A stretch of DNA of 64,000 nt from IMG/VR virus record IMGVR_UViG_3300044646_001937, positions 62,001-126,000 of that record; one strand, 5' to 3'. Positions 20,874-30,809 of this stretch are shown one piece after another. Made by a program: the position numbers and the translations under genes. Under the pieces are notes generated by a model. It saw nothing but the letters and a program-made list of their open reading frames with translations, ran no database searches and was not told the origin of the DNA. Position 1 is the stretch's first letter; each line of letters begins with the position of its first letter.

Positions 20874-21989
20874 ATGAAAAATGATATAGTTATATATTCT
20901 CCTACAGTTACGCACTTAGAAAATCTCAATGTGAGACTTAGCGTCGAGGTTTTAATAGCTGAGGAAAAAAAGATTCTCTGGTATGAGACAGCTAGCGAGT
21001 ATGAGGCTTTTTTGCTTTCTGAGCGTATGGACGCTTTTTTGGTTGCAGTTCTTCCGTTGGCTATGCGCATCAAAAAAAACATAATTTGTGAAGCACCTGT
21101 AACTGAGCAATTTTTACATAATTTAAACCAGTTATTAATACCCCTTCTCTGCAAAGGCGATTCAAGATTATTTCACTCAAAAATTAGTGCTTCTAGTGAT
21201 GCTTCAAAGTTAATCTCTGCAAATGGTGTAGCTACTGGAATGTCTTGTGGGGTTGATAGTTTACATACAACATTAACGTATTTAAATTCGTCGTTTACAT
21301 CGATGAATTTAACGCATCTTTATACCGGTAATTATTTGTACGGCAATAAAGGAGCCATATATGATCGCGCAGATTTAGTTGCAAAAGATTTGAATTTAAA
21401 ATTAGTTAAGACACACACTAATATTTCGGAGCTTTTTAAAGAGTTTAACTTACCTCATGTACCAACCCATTTTTTCAAAACAATCTTCGGAGTGCTATGC
21501 TTGAAAAAGTTATTTAAAATTTATTACTATTCGTCTGCTGGAGATTTTGCTAGTAATTTTTTATTGAAAAATAATTCAGACAAAGACACTACCGATATAG
21601 AGCTTTTGCTTTTATATATGTTTTCAACGCCAGATTTCCAGCTTATCAGTGGAGGAGGAAGTGTTGATAGATTACAAAAAACAAAAGAATTAATTAATTT
21701 TGACCCAGCTCAAAAATATTTAAATGTTTGTTTAAACCCTTATCTAGCGGTTAATTGTGGGAAGTGTGGAAAATGTTTAAGAACTTTATTATCGTTAGAT
21801 ATGCTCGGGGCTTTGGACTTATTCAGAAATGTTTTTAATGTAGATGAATACTTAAAAAACAGGTTAGACGCTTTTATGTTTTTAGTAAAAGGAAATCCGT
21901 CGAGAAACCCTTATTTAAGTGGCGTATACCAGTATTTTTTGACTAAAGAACCAAATTTAATACAGAAAGCAAAAAAGCAATTAAAGTAA
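20874..21989 (+). CDS. PP-loop (adenine nucleotide alpha hydrolase-like) protein with Cys cluster
   Basis: MSCGVDS PP-loop at 21240; LNVC...NCGKCGKC. Confidence 0.6.
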   Translation: MKNDIVIYSPTVTHLENLNVRLSVEVLIAEEKKILWYETASEYEAFLLSERMDAFLVAVLPLAMRIKKNIICEAPVTEQFLHNLNQLLIPLLCKGDSRLFHSKISASSDASKLISANGVATGMSCGVDSLHTTLTYLNSSFTSMNLTHLYTGNYLYGNKGAIYDRADLVAKDLNLKLVKTHTNISELFKEFNLPHVPTHFFKTIFGVLCLKKLFKIYYYSSAGDFASNFLLKNNSDKDTTDIELLLLYMFSTPDFQLISGGGSVDRLQKTKELINFDPAQKYLNVCLNPYLAVNCGKCGKCLRTLLSLDMLGALDLFRNVFNVDEYLKNRLDAFMFLVKGNPSRNPYLSGVYQYFLTKEPNLIQKAKKQLK

Positions 21990-21990
21990 T

Positions 21991-22959
21991 ATGAGTTTGC
22001 CTCCTTTAAAAATAGTGTTAAAAACCAAAGATGAAGATTTTTTAATAGAGTCTTGGCTGGAGTATTACAAAAATCTTGTTGGTGAAGAGAATATAATTAT
22101 TTACGACGACCACAGCACATCGACACATGTGTTGGATACTTATAGTAAGTATAAAAAAGTAGATATCAGAAAGATGCCAAAAGAGTTTGCACATTTTCAT
22201 GGCTTACATACTTATCTTGAACTGCGCGAGGAGATGAAACAAGCGTGCATGTATTACACTATTATAGACACTGATGAATTTTTGTGTTTTTTTGATCACG
22301 ATAAAAAAACAATAGATAATTCTAAGGTTTTAGACTTTATATCAGCAAACAATCATCGTGATGTGTTTCCTACCACATGGATATTTAACATGTACCATGG
22401 TTCATGTTTTAAAAAACTCACAGATGTCAGAGATTTTAATTTTGAGCTGAGTACAGTTAACGTTGATTTGGGTAAAGCGATTGCTTCTAGCAGTGGCAGG
22501 GCAGGTGAAAATATTGGACATAACATTAGCACGGCAACAAATACTTCAAATAAAGTTAAAATGCAATCTTGCCCAGAATTATTATTATTGCATACAAACC
22601 ATGTTAACTGGGAAAGTAGAATTAAAACTAGAATAAATTTTGCTAGGCAGGCTGGAGTAAAATTTAACAGCCTAGAAGAACTACTTGAGCAAATAAAAAA
22701 TAAAAGTAAAAAGACATATCACGAAATCGACATCTTTGAGTATTACACAGATAGAGAAAAATTTTTTAATAACAAAGCAGTTAAAATGCAGCATAACCAT
22801 ATGGTAATGACTACCGACGTGCTTAGCTCGTGGAGCAATAACCAAGCCATATCAAAAACATCCTTAACAGACGTTAATTTTGATCTGCGCGAAAAAATTA
22901 ACAACTTGTTTGAAAGGCAGTTCAACAAACCGGATAAGTTTGATTTTGTTAAAGCTTAA
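21991..22959 (+). CDS. glycosyltransferase family 2-like (Glyco_tranf_2_4 type)
   Basis: KDEDFLIESWLEYY, IYDDHST, IDTDEFL. Confidence 0.7.
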   Translation: MSLPPLKIVLKTKDEDFLIESWLEYYKNLVGEENIIIYDDHSTSTHVLDTYSKYKKVDIRKMPKEFAHFHGLHTYLELREEMKQACMYYTIIDTDEFLCFFDHDKKTIDNSKVLDFISANNHRDVFPTTWIFNMYHGSCFKKLTDVRDFNFELSTVNVDLGKAIASSSGRAGENIGHNISTATNTSNKVKMQSCPELLLLHTNHVNWESRIKTRINFARQAGVKFNSLEELLEQIKNKSKKTYHEIDIFEYYTDREKFFNNKAVKMQHNHMVMTTDVLSSWSNNQAISKTSLTDVNFDLREKINNLFERQFNKPDKFDFVKA

Positions 22960-22982
22960 TATATCTCTTGAAATTTTAAGTT

Positions 22983-24101
22983 ATGGAGGATAAAATAAAT
23001 TTTAAACAACCGCAACTACATTTTATGGACTTAACAAAATTAACCTTACAAGAGATAGATCAGCTAATTGCCCGTACAAGAAAAGAAAAAGTGTTGGAAC
23101 ACCACGACGCGTATGTTTCTGCGCTAGCTCCTGAGGTTACAGAGCTTAGACAAAAATTAATGGAAGCTGACAGACTTTTTCTTGCTCCTCTTCTTAAGCT
23201 AAGAGAAGAAAAAATCTTAGAAGAAGAAATCAAAAAAGCTCTTGAAGAAAACCCTTTAATTAAAGAAGTGGAAAAAGAGGTTACTGGAAAATCCGAAGCA
23301 ACGGCTAAGCCTAATGTGTCGGCTCCTTCAGTCAGTACAAGGCGCAATCACTATCTTCTACCTTTACTTAAGAAGGCTATGGCCGCCAGATGTCATACAT
23401 GGTTAGTCGGTCCTGCAGGTAGCGGTAAATCTACCTTGGCAGCTAATGCCGCAGCAGAATTAAAGATGCCTTATGCTGCACTCAGTGTTTGCAGTCAGAC
23501 TACTAAAACAGATTTCTTGGGTTATCTTGACGCACACGGCGTTTATAGATCTACTAGCTTCCGCGAGATCTATGAGAATGGTGGCATCTTCTGCCTGGAT
23601 GAAGTAGATAACGGAAATGCTAACGTATTGGCTGTGCTTAACAGCTCATTATCTGGAGACGAAACATTGTTCCCTGATAAGGTGGTTAAGAAGCATAAAA
23701 ACTTTGTGGTTGTATCTTGCGCCAACACTTTTGGCCTTGGTTCTTCTATTAGTTATGTCGGACGTACACAGATCGACGCAGCCACACTAGATCGCTTCTT
23801 CTTTGTTGAGATGCCATATGATGACGGTCTTGAAGCTCATGTTGCTGGCTTCCCTGGTGTAGCTTCTCCTAAATGGAATGATGGCGCAGGTAAAGTTCCT
23901 ACAGTTGAATCTTGGTTGGCTACAGTGCAGAAGGTTAGAGATGCTGTGGCTGAGTTGGGAGCAAAAGCAATTATTTCTCCTCGCGCTACCTACAACGGTA
24001 TTGCACTGATTAAGCAGGGAGTGCCTCAGCAGTTCCTTGAAAAGGGTCTTTTGTACAAGAGCCTTTCTGCTGAAACTGTAGCTAAAATTCGCCAGGCTTA
24101 A
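22983..24101 (+). CDS. MoxR/CbbQ/CobS-like AAA+ ATPase
   Basis: Walker A GPAGSGKST, Walker B LDEVD, DAATLDRF arginine finger; N-terminal coiled coil. Confidence 0.85.
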   Translation: MEDKINFKQPQLHFMDLTKLTLQEIDQLIARTRKEKVLEHHDAYVSALAPEVTELRQKLMEADRLFLAPLLKLREEKILEEEIKKALEENPLIKEVEKEVTGKSEATAKPNVSAPSVSTRRNHYLLPLLKKAMAARCHTWLVGPAGSGKSTLAANAAAELKMPYAALSVCSQTTKTDFLGYLDAHGVYRSTSFREIYENGGIFCLDEVDNGNANVLAVLNSSLSGDETLFPDKVVKKHKNFVVVSCANTFGLGSSISYVGRTQIDAATLDRFFFVEMPYDDGLEAHVAGFPGVASPKWNDGAGKVPTVESWLATVQKVRDAVAELGAKAIISPRATYNGIALIKQGVPQQFLEKGLLYKSLSAETVAKIRQA

Positions 24102-24105
24102 TAGC

Positions 24106-24885
24106 ATGGATACAACTATCAAATTCGAATCTACAGAGGATTTTGTAGATTTCGTAGATCATGCCAGCATGATGGATGTACTCAGCTCAGCCAGATCTGG
24201 CTGGGTTGATGGGGCTGTAGCGATACATGACCTATTGCAGAGTTTGTCGTTGTATATTGAACCTGAAAAGTTCTGGAAAGAGTTTAATCCAAATCTAAGT
24301 GGGTTGTTCTTTGATATTGGTCTTGTTTGTGCAGGTATTCCTGAATGCTGGTTAGAACCTCAGGATGCACAGAACAGAGGTTCATATGTATCTACTGATC
24401 CTGACGAAGAACGTAGAATTATCAACATAGGCTACAATGTTACTACTCCATATAATTTCTCTAAAACAAGCGTTATTGAGCGTGGAGCAATTACTGCCAT
24501 TCTTGCCTATCTTTTAGAGCAGTCTGGAAGAGCTGTAAGTATTACGCAGTACTGCAGCATATCCAAGAATAATCATAACTTCTACGGATCTCTAGTTGTT
24601 AAGCCTGCGGATAGATTATTAGACATGGACTTGTTGAGCTTCTGGCTTGTAAGTCCTGATTCTTTCCGTAAATGCTGGATGCGTGTGCTGGAGGGTTTAC
24701 CTAATGCGAAGAAGTTAGGTTTAGATAACGGGATGTACGGTAGTCCTGAACCCTTGTACGGCATCGAGCTTTCTGATGTCTTTGTTAGAGGAATCAGGAA
24801 CAAGGCAGATCTTTGGACAAGACAGGATAGCGTGGATTGGGTGTGCAATTCACTAGAGAAGTTGCAGATTAAATATTTAGTGTAA
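24106..24885 (+). CDS. AAA+ partner protein (degenerate VWA/CobT-like)
   Basis: Directly follows the AAA gene; FDIGLVCAGIPECW resembles phage AAA-partner family motif. Confidence 0.45.
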   Translation: MDTTIKFESTEDFVDFVDHASMMDVLSSARSGWVDGAVAIHDLLQSLSLYIEPEKFWKEFNPNLSGLFFDIGLVCAGIPECWLEPQDAQNRGSYVSTDPDEERRIINIGYNVTTPYNFSKTSVIERGAITAILAYLLEQSGRAVSITQYCSISKNNHNFYGSLVVKPADRLLDMDLLSFWLVSPDSFRKCWMRVLEGLPNAKKLGLDNGMYGSPEPLYGIELSDVFVRGIRNKADLWTRQDSVDWVCNSLEKLQIKYLV

Positions 24886-24892
24886 TAAACAG

Positions 24893-24920
24893 TTGATCTG
24901 TTTTAGTTGCTAGGTATAGT
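24893..24920 (+). promoter_or_regulatory. sigma70-like promoter
   Basis: TTGATC-16-TATAGT, 9 nt before ATG 24930. Confidence 0.45.
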
Positions 24921-24929
24921 CATAGAACT

Positions 24930-26081
24930 ATGCCTACTAACTTACATTGTTTAGGTGTTCCGCACACCGTAACTCACCCAGATTATTCAGCCTGTGCTTT
25001 CACGCAGAAAGTACTTAAGTTCTTGGAGATGTACAAGGACGACCCTAATTATAAAACAATTCATTACGGTCATCCTGACTCATTAACATCTGCACATGAG
25101 CATGTTAATGTAACAAATAACGATATTCTCCAGCAAACTTACGGTAATTATGATTGGCGTAAAAACCAGTTCAAACACGATTCAGGAGATCTAGCGCATA
25201 CAGTTTTTAATTCATGGGCGGCAAAAGCTATTATTGAGCGTAAGCAAAAAGGGGATCTTGTACTAGCCTTCTGGGGAGGTACAGCCCAGGCATGTAATGA
25301 CGCTAATGTAGATGGTGATCTAATTGTTGTTGAGCCTGGTATTGGTTCTGGAGGAGCTTTCGCAAAGTTTAGGTGCTATGAATCGCATCCGTTGAGAGCA
25401 GCATTTGTAGGTACTAATGGAGTAGCCAGATGCTATCCTGAATGGTATTGGCGCGTTGTTCCAAATTATTTCGATCTCAGAAATTTTGACACCACTATGG
25501 AGCGTGAAGACTACGCTTTGTATATTGGGCGTATTGGGGGCAACAAGGGGCTAGATATCGCCATTGACGCTTGTAAGCGTATGGGTATTAAACTGAAGAT
25601 TGCTGGTCAAGGTGGGCCTGAGGGGGTAGGGCTTAAGGAATGGCCTGACCATGTTGAATTTGTCGGCTACGCTGATATTGAGAAAAGAAAAGAATTGATG
25701 GGTAAGGCTAAGTTCGGTTTCTTACTCAGTATTTATTGGGAACCGTTTGGTGGTACAGCTGTAGAGATGATGCTTAGCGGTTGTGTGCCTATTTTAAGTG
25801 ATATGGGTGCAATGACTGAGTATTGTGTAGATGGCTTAAACGGATTTAGGTGCAATACTATGGGCGATATTCTTAGAGCTATCAGGCTTGTTGATACTAT
25901 TGACAGGGATAAGATGATTCAATTTGCTAGAGACAACTTTAGTCTTGAAAACGTGAAGCCTAAGTTTGATCGAGCTTTTGATGATTTTAAAGATGTGTTT
26001 GGCGGTAAGGGTTGGTACGAAGATCACAATCGGCCATTGAAAACTGGACAAGGCTTGAACTACCGCGCATTATATGTATAA
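24930..26081 (+). CDS. GT4 family glycosyltransferase
   Basis: GRI...KG, EPFGGTAVEMMLSG (E-x7-E motif). Confidence 0.85.
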   Translation: MPTNLHCLGVPHTVTHPDYSACAFTQKVLKFLEMYKDDPNYKTIHYGHPDSLTSAHEHVNVTNNDILQQTYGNYDWRKNQFKHDSGDLAHTVFNSWAAKAIIERKQKGDLVLAFWGGTAQACNDANVDGDLIVVEPGIGSGGAFAKFRCYESHPLRAAFVGTNGVARCYPEWYWRVVPNYFDLRNFDTTMEREDYALYIGRIGGNKGLDIAIDACKRMGIKLKIAGQGGPEGVGLKEWPDHVEFVGYADIEKRKELMGKAKFGFLLSIYWEPFGGTAVEMMLSGCVPILSDMGAMTEYCVDGLNGFRCNTMGDILRAIRLVDTIDRDKMIQFARDNFSLENVKPKFDRAFDDFKDVFGGKGWYEDHNRPLKTGQGLNYRALYV

Positions 26082-26961
26082 AAAATCTGTACTTTTTTAT
26101 ACCCAAAATAGATGGGCTTTCGGTCAAATACACCATGCTCTCATTAAGAGATTTTGGGAGCATGGGTATTACTGCCACTTGCTAGACTGGGGACAACATT
26201 ATAGTGAATTAGATTGGAAATTTTTAAATCTTAAATTTGATATATTTGTAACTACACCGGAAGCAATTCGCGCTTTAAAGTATAACAAAATAGACCCAAG
26301 TAAAATTGTATCTGTAGCACACGCTGAAAAAGACATTGTGGGTGGGATAGCCGCGCAAGATGTCAAAATATTTGACGACATTAAATCATTTGGTGTAGTA
26401 AATAGTGATCTAGCAGTTGCTGCGGCCAAGCTGGGTGTTGCTAGAATTCCTGATTTGGTTAAAGTGGGGATAGACTTTGATCATTTCTATTTACAGAAAT
26501 CTGATAGCTTAATCACACTGGGTTATGCTGGTGAAGTTAAGCATATAGCTGCAGATAACGAAGACTGTAAAAGAGCGCATCTTGTGAATACTGTGATGGA
26601 GAAGTCTAAAATAAACTTTAGACAACATCAATTTTTCCACCACCTTGCAATGTCCGGGTACTATTCAACTATAGATGCCTGTATATGCTCATCAAGATCT
26701 GAAACTGCTGGGCTCCCCAACATGGAGGCGGCGGCGGCTGGAAGATTAGTATTGTCTACAGGTGTAGGATACTTCGATGGTTCTTATGGAGTATTGCTAC
26801 GCACTCCTGAGAATGAGTTTGTTGAAGATGCTGTTGCAGCTTTAGAGATGTACAAAGATCCTGCCCTATATTCTGAAGCTTGCGAAAAGTCACAGCAATA
26901 TTCCAGAGATCATCATGATTGGAGTCATCATATTGATGGCTGGTTAAAACTGTTTGCTTAA
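26074..26961 (+). CDS. GT4-like glycosyltransferase
   Basis: SSRSETAGLPNMEAAAAGRLVLSTGVG. Confidence 0.75.
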   Translation: MYKKSVLFYTQNRWAFGQIHHALIKRFWEHGYYCHLLDWGQHYSELDWKFLNLKFDIFVTTPEAIRALKYNKIDPSKIVSVAHAEKDIVGGIAAQDVKIFDDIKSFGVVNSDLAVAAAKLGVARIPDLVKVGIDFDHFYLQKSDSLITLGYAGEVKHIAADNEDCKRAHLVNTVMEKSKINFRQHQFFHHLAMSGYYSTIDACICSSRSETAGLPNMEAAAAGRLVLSTGVGYFDGSYGVLLRTPENEFVEDAVAALEMYKDPALYSEACEKSQQYSRDHHDWSHHIDGWLKLFA

Positions 26962-26962
26962 A

Positions 26963-27727
26963 ATGAATTCAACTAGATATCTAATTAATTGCATAGAGAA
27001 TAGTGTGCCTGTGTCTTTTTCAAAATACGGAGATGGTGAATATTTTGCGGCTTCTGGATGCGCTGGAGCAAACTGTGACGGTGACAGATATACTCTGAAG
27101 CTCAAGGAAGAGCTGATAGATAGTATTAGATATATGGTAGATGTTTCTGAGAATGCAATGATAGGTCAATGGCCTGATGTAAATGTAAAAGCGTTTTGGC
27201 AGAGTCTGTGCACAAAGCAAATAAATTGGGTAGACTACCATACAGTGCTTCCATGCAATAAGGATACGCAAGACAAGATAGAGCTATTGAAGGCTGTTAA
27301 AAAAAGTAGTTTAAATAAAATATACGTATGCAATCCATTGTTAATTAAAGCACAGCATTTGCTGGATATTAACCACATGGTGCATGTGCCTTTTAACAAT
27401 TGGTTTGATACTGAGCTATACTCTAAGGTACTGGAAAATACCGTAAAAGCCATAACTAGCAGTAGGCCGAATATAATTATGACCAGTGCAGGTATGGGAG
27501 CTAAAGTATTAATTGCAGCTTTAAGTAAACAGTTTCCAAATAACATCTATCTAGATTTTGGATCAGCACTGGACAAGATATGTACTAAAAAAACATCTAG
27601 AGGTTGGGAGAGAGATTATGATGCGTACATGCAAGATCTAGCGGACATTCTTCCTAGCGATTGGGATAACCCTATATTCGATAGTGTTTATCTAGCTGCA
27701 GCAGAAACATTCGGGAGGCATTTATGA
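26963..27727 (+). CDS. GT-D fold (DUF1792-like) glycosyltransferase
   Basis: SFSKYGDGEY and YLDFGSALD motifs. Confidence 0.65.
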   Translation: MNSTRYLINCIENSVPVSFSKYGDGEYFAASGCAGANCDGDRYTLKLKEELIDSIRYMVDVSENAMIGQWPDVNVKAFWQSLCTKQINWVDYHTVLPCNKDTQDKIELLKAVKKSSLNKIYVCNPLLIKAQHLLDINHMVHVPFNNWFDTELYSKVLENTVKAITSSRPNIIMTSAGMGAKVLIAALSKQFPNNIYLDFGSALDKICTKKTSRGWERDYDAYMQDLADILPSDWDNPIFDSVYLAAAETFGRHL

Positions 27728-28368
27728 GAAACTGCGTAATTATTACATCTGTAATAGAGCCGTCCAGCGCGCCGTTGAGTTACACAGACAAAAGAAGCGT
27801 ATACTCTAAAGATGAGAGGTACGTCCAGACTCTCGAGACGCTAGAGTCAGTTAAAAAATATATACCTGACACTGACATAGCTATAGTAGAATGCAGTCCT
27901 GTTTCTAAGATGCTGTATGATCTAAGTACAAAAGCAGATGTGTTTTTAAACTTGTACCCTAACGAAGAAATTAGGAAAAACCCTAACAAGGGTGTAGCTG
28001 AGGCAAGGATGCTTCTAGCTATGCTGGATATTATAGAAAAATGGGAGTATCAGAACGTATTCAAGCTTACAGGGCGCTATCTTTTAAATAGCGACTTTGA
28101 CTATTCTCTATGGGACAACAAAAGCATAACAGTTAAAAAAACAAACCACTACTCCGGTCCTTCGATACACACCTTCCTGTACAAGTTCAACAAAGACAGC
28201 ATCTCAAAGCTTAAGGAAATTTGCAGTTATTTAATAGCCAGCAACGACCCAGCTCCAGTTGAGCAAGTTTTTCATAAGTATCTTTCAGACACACCTCATA
28301 TTAGCATAATAGGCAATATTGGCGTCACTGCCAGATGGTCTTGCTATAATCACATAGACCTTTTTTAA
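27724..28368 (+). CDS. glycosylation-associated hypothetical protein
   Basis: FKLTGRY motif; operon context (ATGA overlap). Confidence 0.45.
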   Translation: MRNCVIITSVIEPSSAPLSYTDKRSVYSKDERYVQTLETLESVKKYIPDTDIAIVECSPVSKMLYDLSTKADVFLNLYPNEEIRKNPNKGVAEARMLLAMLDIIEKWEYQNVFKLTGRYLLNSDFDYSLWDNKSITVKKTNHYSGPSIHTFLYKFNKDSISKLKEICSYLIASNDPAPVEQVFHKYLSDTPHISIIGNIGVTARWSCYNHIDLF

Positions 28369-28370
28369 TT

Positions 28371-28928
28371 ATGCAACATTACTATAACACGCTAGGAGAA
28401 GATTGGTTTAATTATAGCCAACTGTATGATCGGTTTGCTAGAGAATGCAGCAACGATTCAATTATTGTCGAGGTTGGATCTTGGGTGGGTAGGTCTATTT
28501 GCTATCTTGGCGTAGAGTTAGTTAATAACAACAAGCTGCCTAAAGTATATGCTGTGGATACTTGGCTAGGGAGTTCTGAACATCAAAATCATGATATAGT
28601 GAAACGAGATGAGCTCTACGCCACTTTCTTAAAAAACATCTCACCTCTGGGAGATTTAATCACACCATTGAGATTAGACTCTTTGGCTGCAGCAGAAACG
28701 TTTGAAAACGAGTCTATTGATTTTTTGTTTCTAGATGCTAGTCATTACTATGAGGACGTTAAAAAGGATATTGTTGCCTGGTATCCTAAAGTGAAGACTG
28801 GAGGCATTTTTTCAGGGCATGACGTAGATGGCGGCTGGCCTGGGGTGAATAGAGCAATTAACGAGAGCCTAGAGCTGCAGGGTTATATTATACCTCCTCC
28901 AGGTAAATGGTTTGAGAAGAAAAAATAA
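28371..28928 (+). CDS. class I SAM-dependent methyltransferase (Methyltransf_24-like)
   Basis: VEVGSWVGRS, IDFLFLDASH, VKTGG.FSGHD. Confidence 0.85.
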   Translation: MQHYYNTLGEDWFNYSQLYDRFARECSNDSIIVEVGSWVGRSICYLGVELVNNNKLPKVYAVDTWLGSSEHQNHDIVKRDELYATFLKNISPLGDLITPLRLDSLAAAETFENESIDFLFLDASHYYEDVKKDIVAWYPKVKTGGIFSGHDVDGGWPGVNRAINESLELQGYIIPPPGKWFEKKK

Positions 28929-28952
28929 CTAAGAGACAGCTTTATCTGTTTC

Positions 28953-28961
28953 TGGTATAAT
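28953..28961 (+). promoter_or_regulatory. extended -10 promoter
   Basis: TGGTATAAT in intergenic gap; same 9-mer at 30778 and 36504. Confidence 0.55.
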
Positions 28962-28985
28962 CAGAGAAAATAACCGTATACGACT

Positions 28986-29483
28986 ATGCCTAGAAAAATT
29001 ACACACTCTGGTCTTTTAGCTGATAGACCTAACCCATTAAGCGTTCCCAACTCGTATTATTTCGCTACTGACGAGGGTAAGTATTACTCCTCGGAAGGGG
29101 AAAACTGGGTCGAGCGTATTGTAGACGTTGATGACCTTGCACCAGATACAGAAGCTTACCTTGCTTGCGGGATTACTCATTCAGGCGCAATTGATCCTAT
29201 TAAAATAGGCGCTGGTCCTGTAAGCAATTTGAGTGGTGAAATTACAGTAGCAGGTACATCTCAAAATGTAAGCGAAGCTAATGAACATAGGAGGTATTTT
29301 ATGCTCCAAAACATCTCTGATACCGATATGTATGTAGGTGTAGGTTATACTCCTGAAGTGGGCTTAGGTTTGCTGATTGCTAAAAACGGAGGCACTCTTA
29401 CATGTGATTCTTTTGTTCCTTCAGAAGAAATCAATGTTATTTGCAGTACTGTGGGTAAGAAGTTTACAGCATTTGAGGCGTAA
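28986..29483 (+). CDS. hypothetical beta-rich (putative virion) protein
   Basis: 165 aa ORF in tight operon. Confidence 0.55.
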   Translation: MPRKITHSGLLADRPNPLSVPNSYYFATDEGKYYSSEGENWVERIVDVDDLAPDTEAYLACGITHSGAIDPIKIGAGPVSNLSGEITVAGTSQNVSEANEHRRYFMLQNISDTDMYVGVGYTPEVGLGLLIAKNGGTLTCDSFVPSEEINVICSTVGKKFTAFEA

Positions 29484-29485
29484 TT

Positions 29486-30772
29486 ATGAGAATATTTAAT
29501 CCCGCAGCTTCTTCAGGAGGTGAAATTGGCGCAACTGGTGCTCAGGGTCCGCAGGGACCTGGAGGCGGAGGCGGCGCTGGAGGCTTGATGTTTTATTTAA
29601 ACCAGAACACATCTCCAGACAGTACTACAGGCCTGCCTACAACTAGCTCTGTCGTAACTGGATTTGCAGTAAAAGAATTAGGTAGAATTGCTGACACAGT
29701 TCAAACAACCATTACTACCGAGCATTTACCTATTAACGCATTTAATCTTGTAGCCGGGTTTGTTAGCGATGTTCAAGATCCTAGCATCACAACTATCCCT
29801 CCTGGGTTATGGGATTTAAATTTCTGGGCTAGCAGCACAGCTAATGCCAATAACCAGACTGTAGTACAGGTCAAAGCATACGTTTATAATGGCACAACAC
29901 TGGGCGCTCCTTTTGCTATTTCTGATGAGTTGTACATCTATGATCCTACTGTAGTTGCCCAGTATACAGCAAATCTCGTGGTTGGGGCGGGAGTAACAAT
30001 AACATCCAGCGATCGTATCTATATTGAGATATGGGCCAAGGGTTCATCCAACAACTACACACTCACACTTAAATTTGGGGCAGGTACTCCCACACATCTT
30101 CATACAACTATTCCTAGTGTAAGCGGTACAGGTTTGATGAAAATTGTGGATGGTTTACCTCAAACACCTGCTTCACTGATTGTTAATGCTGACATTGCTA
30201 CAAATGCAGCCATAGCTATTAGTAAAGTTAATTTAAATTATTTTAACTTGTCGATGAATGTGCCTGTTGGTGCGTTAGAAACTATTCCTCGAAATCGTGG
30301 GTTTTCTACTTGGTCTACAGTTAGTGGGCAAATATTTTTTACAATGTTCACACCCATACAAGATATTGAAGTTAACTATTTAAGCTTTTTGGCTGGAAAC
30401 GTTACTCCTACCGCTTCAACAGTGACTGTGGGAATTTATTCTTATAATGACTCAACCGGAGATGCAACAAAATTGACTGAAACAGCTAATATTTCTGGAA
30501 GTATAACGCAAAACGCGTTTAATTTAAAGCCAATATCATATGTAAAGTTAATGGGTGGTAATCGTTATGCAGTAGGTTTTTTTGCGACGGGCGGAACACA
30601 ACCAAGCCTTGCCGGATATAATAGCGGATATGCGCCAGTTAATGATGTTTCTCCTGCTATTGCAAGAAAATCATTTGCATCAAGCTATTCATCGCTTCCT
30701 GTATCGATTAATTTAAATTCCGATGGGGCACAGACAGGGAATGTATTTTGGGCGAGGCTGTCTACTTCTTAA
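29486..30772 (+). CDS. fibre-like protein with short collagen motif
   Basis: GATGAQGPQGPGGGGG near N-terminus; Thr/Ser-rich beta body. Confidence 0.6.
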   Translation: MRIFNPAASSGGEIGATGAQGPQGPGGGGGAGGLMFYLNQNTSPDSTTGLPTTSSVVTGFAVKELGRIADTVQTTITTEHLPINAFNLVAGFVSDVQDPSITTIPPGLWDLNFWASSTANANNQTVVQVKAYVYNGTTLGAPFAISDELYIYDPTVVAQYTANLVVGAGVTITSSDRIYIEIWAKGSSNNYTLTLKFGAGTPTHLHTTIPSVSGTGLMKIVDGLPQTPASLIVNADIATNAAIAISKVNLNYFNLSMNVPVGALETIPRNRGFSTWSTVSGQIFFTMFTPIQDIEVNYLSFLAGNVTPTASTVTVGIYSYNDSTGDATKLTETANISGSITQNAFNLKPISYVKLMGGNRYAVGFFATGGTQPSLAGYNSGYAPVNDVSPAIARKSFASSYSSLPVSINLNSDGAQTGNVFWARLSTS

Positions 30773-30777
30773 TTTAG

Positions 30778-30786
30778 TGGTATAAT
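30778..30786 (+). promoter_or_regulatory. extended -10 promoter
   Basis: TGGTATAAT. Confidence 0.5.
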
Positions 30787-30809
30787 ATATTGATAACCAA
30801 TCTTTTAGT

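Noticed and set aside
22983-24101. Cobaltochelatase CobS as part of B12 synthesis
   Set aside because: Generic MoxR-type AAA+ common in phages; no CobN or other corrin synthesis gene in the window.
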